Positions 11,201-23,200 of a DNA stretch of 64,000 nt are shown here, piece by piece. Below the pieces are notes generated by a model, which did not search any database, was not told the DNA's origin, and saw nothing but the letters and a program-made list of their open reading frames with translations. Origin of the DNA: Planctomycetota bacterium (GTDB lineage: Bacteria > Planctomycetota > Planctomycetia > Planctomycetales > Planctomycetaceae); the NCBI GenBank assembly GCA_040386595.1, contig JAZKFE010000003.1:24440-88439 (forward strand). The letters run 5' to 3'. The translations under genes and the position numbers were made by a program. The first letter of the stretch is position 1, and each line of letters starts with the position of its first letter.

Positions 11201-14200
11201 ACGTCGTCAGTATTAACGATACGACACTCGCCCAAATCGGACAGGGGGCCATTGTCTCGGCCACAGGCAAAATCGACGTCACCGCGAATGATAATCCGCT
11301 GGTCATCAACCTCGCCGGCGGCGTGAGCATCGGCACGAGCCTTGGGTTCGGTCTGGCGGTCGGCACGAATGTCATCGTCCGGGACACGAAGGCGATCATC
11401 GGCAATGCCGACGTGACCATCGGCAACGGCGATGTCGCCCCGAACACCGGTGTGAATGCATCGACAAATACGATCGACCTGGGATATGTCCATGGCTTCA
11501 ACACCGGCGATGAGGTCGTCTATAGCACTGGTGGTAACGATCCGATCGGCGGTCTGACCGACGGCAACACCTATCGCGTCACGCGGATCAACGCGACCAC
11601 GATCGGCCTGGCCCGTTCGCTGGTGGAAGCCAACGGCACTGCCCCTCGCTTCGGCGCCGCGGCCGTCACGGCCAACGTCTTGGATCTGGGCTATGCGCAC
11701 GGCTTCCAGACGGGTGATGCCGTCGTTTATGACAACGGTGGTGGAACCAGCCTGGGCGATTTGGTTCAGCGACGAACATATTACGTCATCCGCGTGGACG
11801 CCACTCACGTGAAGTTGGCCGACACGGCCAGCAACGCCGCCAACAGTGTCGCGCACATCCTGGCCACCAACCCCACCGGAACCGGCACTGGCCACAGCCT
11901 TCGGATCGCATTGAATCCCACCGCGAACAGTGGTGTGCTGCACAACATCGGCCGGAACTTCACCTCCGCCACGGCCGTCACCAGCGCGTACGACAGTATC
12001 GATCTCGGTTACGCTCACGGCTTCCAGAAGGGTCAAGCCGTGGTCTATACCGCGGGGACCGACGGAGCCATCGGCGGTTTGACCAACAACACCGTCTACT
12101 ACGTGGTGCCCGATTCGAGCAACCCGAACGCCTTCCACCTCGCGGCATCGCAAGCCGACGCGTTGGGACTGACGCCAGACCTGCTCAGCCTGACACCGTC
12201 GACGAACGCCGGATCAGTGAGCGGCTTCGGAGTGGTGCTGAATCCCACTTCGGCCGTTAGTGTCACGAATGCAACGATCAATCTCGGCTACAGTCACGGG
12301 TTCCAGGACGGTACCGCATTTATCTACAGCAACGGTGGCGGGGGAAGCATCGGCGGCCTCACCAACGGCAATACGTACTACGTCAAGGTCGTGAACGATA
12401 CCACCATCAAAGTGTCGGCCACCGCTGACGGCGCGACGAACGGAAACTTCATCACCCTCAGCCTGACGGGAACCACCGGTGAGAAGCATAGCTTCCGGAT
12501 CGCGATCAATCCGCAGGCGGCCGTGACTGGCGGCGATGTGACGACGGCCGAGGTGATTAGCCTGGGCTATACGCACGGATTCACCACAGGTCAGCGGGTG
12601 ATCTATAGCAACGGCGGTGGTTCGAGCATTGGTGGTCTGGCGAACAAAAACGCCTACTACGTGATTGTTGTCAGCCCGACCTCCATCCGTCTGGCGGATT
12701 CGTTGGCCAATGCCCAACGCGGCGTATCAATCGATCTGGACGGCACGCTCGCGACCGGAGCGAAACAGAGCATTGCGGTTCCCTTCCGAGCCCTGCCGAT
12801 CGTCGACGGCGCCACCAACTCCATTCATCTGGCGAATGCCGGCGGATTTTACAATGGGCAAGAAGTCGTCTACGACAATGGTGGTGGCACCAGCATCGGC
12901 GGCCTCACTCAGCTCGGACATTATTTCGTCACGGTGGTGGATACTTCCACCATTCAACTGTCGACCAGCAACAGCAGTGTCGCCGATCGAGCGGCGACGA
13001 TCGTCACGCTGAATCCTAGTGTGGCGACCGGCACCCAGCATTACTTCTCGGATCCGAAAACCGGTATCGGTTCGTTGAGCTCCGTCGGTAAGACGAGTGT
13101 CCACGCCGTGAATGAAGGTCTGATCGTTACGGTCACACTAGCGGCCGCGAAGGTGGGGGATCCGCCCCCCTCCGAGGACGACGACATGGCGGAGGAAGCC
13201 GCTGGCGGCCAGAAGCAAGGGAAGGCCGTGTCGGGCAGCGTGTCAATCAATTACATGCACGACACCACCGAAGCGTACATCCGCGGGATTACTCTCACCA
13301 ACGTCGGCGGCGTGGACTTATGGGCGAAGAACAGCCCGGCGATCATCGCTGTCTCGGGTGCTGCCGCATTGTCCACGAATTCGAGTAACTCGGCCAAGAA
13401 CGTGGGCGTTGCCGGCGCCGTGACGATCAACATCGTCGACAGCCAGACGCATGCTTTCATCCAGAACTCCACACTCACAAACGTAGGGGCAGTGACGGTC
13501 ACGGCAGAGGGCTCGGCGGGAATCATTTCAATTGCGGCCGGCCTGGGTGGTTCGTCCCGGGGATCGGGCATCGCGGGTTCCGTCGCTTACAATCAGATCG
13601 ACAGCGAAACGGCGGCCTATCTCTCTGGCGGTTCGATCACAGCCAGCAGCCTGGCGGTCACGGCTCACGATTCAACCTCGATCATCACGGTGGCCGGCAG
13701 CCTGGCTTATGGCGGCAAGCTCGGAATCGGGGCGGGCATCGCCGTCAATTCCATCACAGAAACCGTCGATGCTCATCTGAATGGCATCGGAGTCAACGTC
13801 ACCGGTGCCGTCACCGTCGATGCGAAGAACAACACGCACATTACGGCAGTCGCTGCCGGGATTGGCGTCGTCGTGGCTACGCCTCCGGCGGACGATCCGA
13901 CAGCCAAGCCGAAGGGCCTGGCCCTTGCCGTGGGGCTGTCCATCAATTGGATCTCCGCGGACGTGAAAGCGTACATTTCCGATGACGGCTCGCACGTTGT
14001 TAATGTGGGTAGCCTCTCGGTGAATGCGGATGACACCGATTCCTGGATTATCACGGTGGCGGGTGGTGTCGCTGTCGGCTTGTCCAAGGGTGAGGAATCA
14101 GGTTCCGGCGCCGGGGCGGGGGGAGCGGCATTTGCCTTTAACAAGATCGAAACATCGGTCGCCGCCTACCTCGACCACGTCGTTGTCGTGAGCACAGCGG

Positions 14201-17200
14201 GCTTGGTTGCAGTGAAGGCCCATTCTAAGAGCCGAATTGAGGCCTATGCGATCGGCGGGGCACTCGCTGGAGCCAAGGGGGGCGGGACAGGGGGAGCGGC
14301 CGCCATTGCCGGTGCTGGGGCCTTCACGTTCAACGATATCCGCAAGGATGTCACGGCTTCGATCCGCAACCAAAGTGCGGTGAGCACGACGGGGACCTAC
14401 GGTGTAACCGTCTCCGCCATTGATGAATCCAAGATCGTGGCAGTCGCCGGTTCAATCGCGATTGCAGTCGGTTTGGGTGGCAGCGGCGGCACCGGAGTCG
14501 GGGTTTCGGTGGGCGCCTCGGTGGCCATCAACAGTATCAAGGACAAGACTTCCGGAGTCGGAGTCCAGGCCACGATCTCTCGCTCGACCGTTGCCGCTGG
14601 GGGTGATCTGCGCGTGATCGCGACGTCCACGCCCACGATCACCGTCACGGCTGTCGCCGGAACCGTGGGAGTCGCCACATCCGGCAAGACTTCGGCCGCG
14701 GCCGTATCAGGAGCCGGGGCAGGCGCAGACAATGTGGTCGACATCACGGTCCTCGCGGCCATTACGGACACGCCCCCCAAGGGTCTGGTATCCGATCCAG
14801 CCCCCGTCCGTTCTCAGACCGGCAGCGTGCTGGTCACCGCGACCGACACGTCGACAGTCAAGGCCGTTGCAGTCGGTGCCAGCATCGCATTTGCGGCAGG
14901 AGAAAAGAACGCGGGAGGCGTGGCCATCGGCATCTCGATCGCTCACAACACCATCGACAACGACGTCACGGCTGCACTACGCAACGCTGATGTGGGGGCG
15001 GCGCAAGTCGTCGGTGTGGTGGCCACCAGTACGAGCATCGTCACCGCGACCGCTGTAGCGGCCTCAGTCTCATTCGCCAACGCCGATAACGCCGTGGCCA
15101 TCAGCGGTGGCGGAGCCGAATCCACCAATGTGATTCTCTCGAAGACCAACGCCCTCATCCAGAACAGCTTCATCGTCTCGAGTGGCAACGTGAACGTGAC
15201 CGCCACGAACTCTTCGGACATCGACGCCACCATTGTGTCGGCGGCGCTGGCCTTGGGATTCGGGAAGAAGCTCGGTGTTGGTGTGGCAATCGGCGCTGCG
15301 GTGGCCACCAACCTGATCGGCTTTAAAGCCGGGGACGATACGCCGACGCCGGCCGAAGTGCAGGCCTACGTCCGGAATTCGACCATCCAGGCACAAGGCA
15401 ATCTCACCGTCACCGCCAACGCGGATCACGAGACGATCGACGCGACCGTCGTGGCAGCCTCAGCAGCCATCGCCGCGAGCCGCGACCTGGGGATTGCAGC
15501 CGCTGGATCGGGTGCCGATGTCAAGAATAAGATCGCAACGTCGATCAAGGCCTTCGTCGATTATGTTCCCAGTCTGCAGGTGGCGGGTGGATCCGTCGGA
15601 ACTTTCGAAGCGGTAAACGGAACGATTCGCGCACAAGATGTGTCGATCACGGCCAGCGACACTTCCGAGATTACGGCGGTAGCTGTCGGCGCGTCGTTAG
15701 CCGGTTCTTACGGTGACAAGGGAGCCGTGTCCATCGCGATTGGCGTTTCATTGGCCCATAACGAAGTCCGCAACCAGGTCGAGGCCTACGTTAAGAACGC
15801 GAACAAAAACACCGCGATTGCTACGGACTACGGAATTTCGTTCGGTGGTAATTTTAAGGTGCAGGCGACCGAGGACGCCACGATCACCGCGACCGCGGTT
15901 GCGGCGTCTCTGGGGGCCGCATTTAGTAAGGACGGCGCCCTAGCGCTGAGCGGAGCAGGGGCGGAATCCACCAACGTCATCCTCACGAATACCAACGCTT
16001 CGATTCAGAACAGCCGGATCGTGGGCACAGGGACGGGCGATGCCACTTTCCTGGCAACCAACGACTCGCACATCACCGCCACTATCGTAGGTGCGGCCTT
16101 GGCTGTTGGGGTTGGTAAGGAAGGGGGCGTGGGGGTCTCGATCGGCGCGGCGCTGGCGAGAAACTACATCGGCTGGGATCCCGCTGCAGGTGCTTCGCAG
16201 CCCCCCGCGGGCCAGACACAGGCCTACGTTTCCAATTCCAGCATCATTGTCGGCGGCGCGTTTTCCGCCACGGCCAGGGCCTCGGAAATCATTAACGCCA
16301 CCGTCGTCGCGGCTTCGGCGGCGGTCGCAGGGGGCAAAGTCGGAGTTGCCTTGAGCGGTTCGGGTGCCGACTCGGTCAACGAAGTCGCTTCCTCGGTGCG
16401 GGCTTACATTGACGGTGATAATTCCGGAGGCATCCACGCGACTGCGATCACGGTGTCCGCCGACGATACTTCTAAAATCACGGCAGTCACCGTCGGAGCC
16501 TCACTGGCGGCCTCGTTTGCGCCCGATCTGGGAGTTGCTCTGGCGATCGGAGTCTCGCTGTCGGAAAACGTCATCCGCAGCCAGGTCGAAGCCAATATCC
16601 TGAATGCGCACGATGTCGTCAGTACGGGCACCATCACGGTGGCCGCCACAGATCATACCTCGATCCATTCAGTCGCCGTCGCGGCTTCTCTCGCGGTTGG
16701 TTTATCTGGAAAAGCCGGAATTGCGATCGCCGGTGCCGGAGCCGAATCCACCAATGTGATCAATACCCGGATCAATGCCCGGGTCGAAAACAGTGCTTTG
16801 ACAGCCAGCGGCGCGGTATCGATCACTGCGGGCTCAAGTTCGTCCGCGGCACCGACGGCTCTGACGCCTGTCGGCAATTTCACCGCCGGCCTGGATGATG
16901 CGGCCGCTACGGACTTGCTGGAAGAAGACAAAACCGTCGCCGGCGTGGTCTATAAGGCGGGTACGCCAGACCCGACGGATGTCGCCAACGACAACGCATT
17001 TAAGACGACGCTCCAGTCGGCGCTGGCCGCTGCAGGCGTCAATTTATCCACAAATGTCGATGATCTGGCTGTCACGGTCCGGAAGGTCGACACGGGTGCG
17101 GATCTGATCGACCCGGATGATGACACCGGGATCGAGTGGTCGGTGACCGACCGCAAGTCGGGAATCTCTGTGATCATTGCCAAAGATGCAAACGGCAATT

Positions 17201-20200
17201 TCACCGTCTTCGAGACGCAGATCTCGGCCACAGTCGTCGGTGCGGCGGTGGCGGTGGGCGGCGGCGGGCAAGTAGGTGCCGGGGTAGCAATCGGGGCATC
17301 TGTCGCCCGGAACCTGATCGGTTCCAAGCAAGATGACACGGGCGGGATGCGGCATTCCGCGATCATCTCCAACGACGATCCGTCCGAAATTCGGGCGCGG
17401 ATTCTGAATTCGAGCATCAACACCACGGGTGGCAATCTGACCCTGAGTGCAACTGCTCAGCAATCGATTGACGCGTTCGTCGGCGCCTTCTCGGCAGCCG
17501 TAGGGGGCTCTGGAGGAGTCGGACTGGCCGGCAGTGGTGCGGGCGCCAGAGCGACGAACGCCGTTTCGATCAACGTTGCCGCGTTCATTGACGGGAATGG
17601 GACCGCCGGCATCCACGCTCGCGGCATTGTGGTCGAGGCCATTGATACGTCGTCTATCTCTGCTGTTACGGGTGCGGCCACGCTGGCCGTCTCGTTCGGG
17701 GGAACCGCCGCCGTTTCGATCGCGGTCGGCGTTGCCATCTCTGAAAACGTGATTCAGAACAAAGTCGAAGCCTATATCACCCATGCGGATCAGCTGACGA
17801 CAACCGGAACGGGCTCGATCCGAGTGTTAGCGTCCGAGTCCGCCACGATTGATTCCACGACGTTTTCCGCCGCAGTGGCCATCGCCGTTTCCCAATTCAG
17901 CTTCGGTGCGGCTGTGGGTTACCTCTCAGCCACCAACACGCTGTCAAACTCAGTTACCGCCTATATCTCGGACAGCGCCGCGATCACGTCTGCGGCAGGC
18001 GTGACGGTCTCGGCACGCGACATCGGGGTGATTTCAGCGGACACCTTCTCTCTGGCAATCGCTGGTGGCGTAGTGGGAGTCGGCGTGGCGGCTGGCTCGG
18101 CGGTCAATACGATCGACGATGACGTGTCGGCCTCAATCAAGAACTCGACAATTAATGCGTTGGTCGGCGATATCGCCGTCACGGCGACATCGACACCGAC
18201 CATTACGACCACTTCCACAACGGTGGCAGTCGCAATCGCAATCGGCGCGGGTGCGGCCATCTTCGATGCAACCACCAAGGTCCGTGGGAAGACCGAGGCC
18301 TATCTGCTCAATTCCCGGTTGACGGCACTCGCCCATGCCATCAACGTCAGAGCCACTTCCACAGAATCTCTCAGCCCCCTCGTCCGCGGGGGAGCGGGTG
18401 GCCTGGTCGCGGTCGGGGTCATGTTGTCCGACGCCACCGTGGAAGGTTCGACTTTGGCGCACCTCGACGGTGCCACGACGATCTCGGCAAATAACGTCTC
18501 GATCACGGCCACCGATACCAGTACAGCCACGCCCGTGACGAATGTCGGCAGCGTGGGCGGCGTCGGAGTTTCCTACGCGAAAACTACCGCCACGCTCAAG
18601 CGGGAGACCCTGGCGACCATTCCAGCGGGGACGCGAATCACCCTGGCATCCGGGTCGCTGACGGTCCACGCCGAGTCCTCTGCCACGGCCTACACCAGCA
18701 GCCGCTCCGACGGGGGGGGCGTGGTCGCGATCAGTATTCTCGATATCGATTCGAAGGTGGCCAGCGTCACCCGGGCCACGATTGCCAGTGGCGCCGAGAT
18801 CGTGGTTCCGTCCACCAATACCACCGGCAACGTCACGGTCTCCGCGACGTCGCAAAACCTGGCAGTCGCGAATACGGTGAATTACGGCGGTGGCGGAGTC
18901 AACGTCCAGGACAGCACTCCGACCGCCACTGTGGAGAGCACGACAGAAGCCCTGATGTTCGGCAATCTGAAGGGACCAGACGGCGCTGCGTCCGGTGCTT
19001 CCAGTCTCGAAGTGCGAGCGACGGCCAATGATCGATCAATCGCGGGATCCAATACTCGCGGTGGAGGCCTCGTTCAGGTCGGAATTGCGAATGTCAAAGC
19101 CAATACAAATCCCACGGTGAGGGCTCAGATCGGTGGCACGATCGAGGTCAAGAACGACATCACCGTGCAGGCCGACTCGCGAACCGACGCGGATACGACC
19201 AACGATAGCGCTGGGGGCGGAGCAGTCGCGGTCACCGACCTGCACACGACAGTGACTCTGACCCCGACAGTGTCCGCCAGTGTCGCGACAGGAGCCAGAC
19301 TGACTGCCGGCCAGGACATCACGATCAGCGCAGTTCATGGCCTGACGGCTCCGACGAGTGCCCCGGTGCTCGACGTGAACCAAACGCCGCCCGCCTCGGA
19401 TGGAATCGCCAAAGCCGCTGCCAGCGGGGCTTCCGGGGGCATCGTGCAGGTTTCGTCGGTGACGGCGACTGTGAATGCGACGCCTAATGTCAGCACCACA
19501 ATCAACGATGGTGCGAAGCTGACCGCGGTTCGAAATATCGACATCGAATCGGCGGCTATTGCCAAAGTCTCGGCCGTTGCTGAAGGGGACGGCGGTGGAG
19601 TGGTGTCGGTCGGAGTGTCGAACTCGAACGTGACGGTCAAGCCGGAAAGCGCCGTCAAAATCAATGCCAACGCTGTCATCAATGCCACGGGGAACGACTC
19701 AGGTATAACCGGCAGCATCACGGTCTTGTCGACGACATCCACCGATGCGTATGCCAAGGGCCGTGGGGTCAGCGGTGGGGTTGTTGCTGTGGCCGCCGCG
19801 ACGGTGACGATGAACCTCTCTCATGCTTCGACAATCGCAGTGGGAGATTCCGCCACGCTGCAGACCAAGGGCAGCCTGTTTGTCGAGTCCCGCAGTGATA
19901 CGACGGCCACCACCGATTCCTCGGTCACGGCCGGCGGCGGTGTGGCCGTGTCCACGAACACGACGACGCTCAACCTGGGTGTGGCCGGCGTCCCAGCGAC
20001 GACATCCACCGCCATCGGGACGAATGCTCTGCTCAACGGCGGGGCGGTCACCATTGGGGCTCTGGTGACAAAGCTCAATCTGAACGACACCGCCGACGAA
20101 GAAGCGGATGGGCTGGGGTCGGGGGCGACGGCCAAAGCTTTGATGACGATTTACGACACGACCGAAGTCAGTCTGGCCGCCAATTCGGCCGTGACGGGCG

Positions 20201-23200
20201 ACACGGTGACCATCAACTCCAATCATGAGCAAGTCAAACTGACTTCCACGGCGACCGCCACGGCCTACGCGCTGGTTGGGATTCCGAGCGCCGAGGCGAA
20301 AGTTGACTACAACAGCACGGCGCGGGTCTTCAGCGCTGCGGGGGCTCAAGTCTCGGCACGCGTGGTGAGCGTCAATACGACGCAGCAAGTCCAGACGTAC
20401 GAAAAAACCGCAACGGAGTACGCCTGGCAGAACGGCAGCGGCGGCAGCACCGGCACGAAATCGGGTTCCAATAACTCGACTCGCGTCATTGACTGGAACG
20501 GAAATGTGGTCCTCTTGTCGGGTCCCGATCCCGAACTCGTGATTGATAGCAATGGCTTGATCGTCAAGGCGGTCGGTGTCACGGTCGGCGGCAAGGTCCA
20601 AGGACAGACCGTCACGGATACGACCATTTCGGTCGATCCGATCATTAACAACACCAGCTATTACACCGGTGCGATCACCAGCACCACCGGTGCCGGCACG
20701 TCGCCCATTGTCATCAGCACGGCCAACACGACCGGCTTGACCAACGGTCGGGTCGTGACCATTACCGGCGCAAGCGATCCCAACGCCAACGGCACGTTCG
20801 TGATCGGGAACGTCATCGCGAACACCTCGTTCACGCTGCTCGGAACGACTGGTGCCGGCGTCTCAGCCGCGGGTGGTACCTGGGTCACCGGAGGCGCCGT
20901 CACCTTCACCGCCGACACCCTGACGGGATCAGGCGGGAAGATCAGCGCGGCCACGGCATTCCGTTCCGTCAACATTACCAACTCGCTGAATCGGCCTCTG
21001 GTTCTCAACGGCATTAACGTGGTAACGCCCAGTGCGTCGCCCACGATCTTCCTCAACGCTGCCAGCTGGCAAGGGTTCACATACACGGTCGGCAATGACA
21101 TTTCGCCCACGGATATCAAGATTGATAACGAAGGGGCCAACTCGGACATTCGGCTCAACGCCCCGAGCCTCTTGCCGGGAACGACTCAAGGGTTCGCGAT
21201 CTACAACCCGATCGGAACAACGAAAATCATCGCGGCACATGGCAGCGTTGTGAACGCCGCCGGAACTCTTCAGGTCCCGGTCATTTGGACTCGGACCCTG
21301 GATGTGCAAGCAGCGGGCGCCGTGGGTGCCAGTACCAGTCGGTTGAATGTGCACCTCGTTCGATCGTTCGGTCAAACCGATCTGAATATCCAGGCCGGCG
21401 CGGATATCTTCCTGGATCTCGAAGGCCGGTCCCGTACGACCGGGGTGAGCAATCCCGTGTTCCAGGGGGGCACGATTCAAACCTCTGGTTCAACCAGTCA
21501 GATCGATCTGTTGTTGCAGTCGGTTTTGCAAGAAGTCCCGTCATCGACGACATCGGGCATGCTCAATGTGCAGCGTTACGTCAACGGTGTCCTGATGGCG
21601 TTCCAGAGTGGAGCACTCGCACTCCCCACTTACACGGCATCTGCGGTCGAAGGGACATATCAATTCGAACAGATCAGTGCCGGGGCCGTCAGTGGAAATA
21701 TCACGATCACGGCCGCCCACCCGCTGGCGAGCGACCCTCGGGTCAATTTCACGTCCGGTACGGACATGGGCACGACCGGTGAGCTGATCGCCGCGACCAG
21801 TGGCAACTTGTCGCTAACCGAGCGGAGCGGTGATTTCCGAATTCGCAATGTGTCGTCATCGGCCGGCAACGTGTTTCTCGCCGCCATCGGAACCGCAGGC
21901 TCGATTTACGAAGTCAACAACGAACTGCCAGCCAACGCGGACTATGGAACGACTCCGTGGGTCACCGGCAATAGCGTGACGCTGAGCTCCCGCGATGGCG
22001 GGATTGGCTCTGCGGTCGATTTCCTCGAAATCAACTCGTCGAACCAAGCTGTGGGTGCAGTCATCGCACTCGCCAAGAACGGCGTCTACCTTACGGAGAC
22101 AACTGGGGACCTGAATGTCGACCAAGTGCTCTCACGCATCTCCGATGTCGTCTTGATCGCACAACAAGGTTCGATTCTGGAAGCAGGTTCCGACGCCCAG
22201 GCTGATATTCAAGGACAAAACATCGATCTGATCGCCACCACTGCAGGCAGCAAAATCGGTGACGCCAATAACCCAATTGAAATCCTCGGCGGTGGCACGG
22301 GCCAACGTCCGAATGACGGGTTCGAGATCGAACAGTTTGCCCCGGGGACCGGACGCCTGGTGGCCGAGGCCAATGCTGGCGTCTATCTCACCCAGACCAG
22401 TGGTGCCGTCAATGTGTTGAGCGTTCAGACGCCGACGGGCGACGTGGTCCTGACCGTGCACGATTCGGTGCTCGCGGGCGAAGATTTGATTCTGCTAGCT
22501 TCCGGTGGCCAGACATTCCTGGGAGCGGTCCTGGGAACTCCGGCGCTGACCTCGGGACGGATTCTGGCGGCAACCGGTAGCATTACCGCTGCCGCCGGTG
22601 ACGACTTCACTCTGCCGACCGGAACCTCGATCCAAGGGGGCACCGCAACGGGCAAGAAGGTCACGCTTCGCGGTGGGCAGATGAGTGATGCGGCCAGTGA
22701 TCCGGATCCGATGGGCTCCATCCTGACGATTGCCGGAAACATCGTGGCGAATGCCGTCGAGATTTATGGTGGCAGCAACCTGGACTACTTCGATCTCATC
22801 AATCCGGCTGGAATCAATGCCCCAACCACATTGACGGGAAATGCCGGTGATGACCGCTTCTTCATTCAGGCCGTCCCTGTGGCCATGACCACTAATGGCG
22901 GTACTGGCGCCAACCGCTATTACATTTCCAGCAATGCGGCTCGTTCGTTGTTCGTCACCAACGGCGTGTTCGACGACACCGGCGACGGCCTGGCCTTCCC
23001 GTTCTCCGATTCGCGATTGTCATCGGGGACACTCACGACGGTTACTGCAGCGCTGACGATCAACACGGGGAGCGGCGGCAACGGCGGAGCCCAGGACGCG
23101 ATTTTCCTGAGTGCCGCTGGCAGCACGACGGCATTGACCAATGGCCTCGTGACGACCGGTCAGATCACGGGCCTCGGTAACTCCGGCAGCATCAATTACA

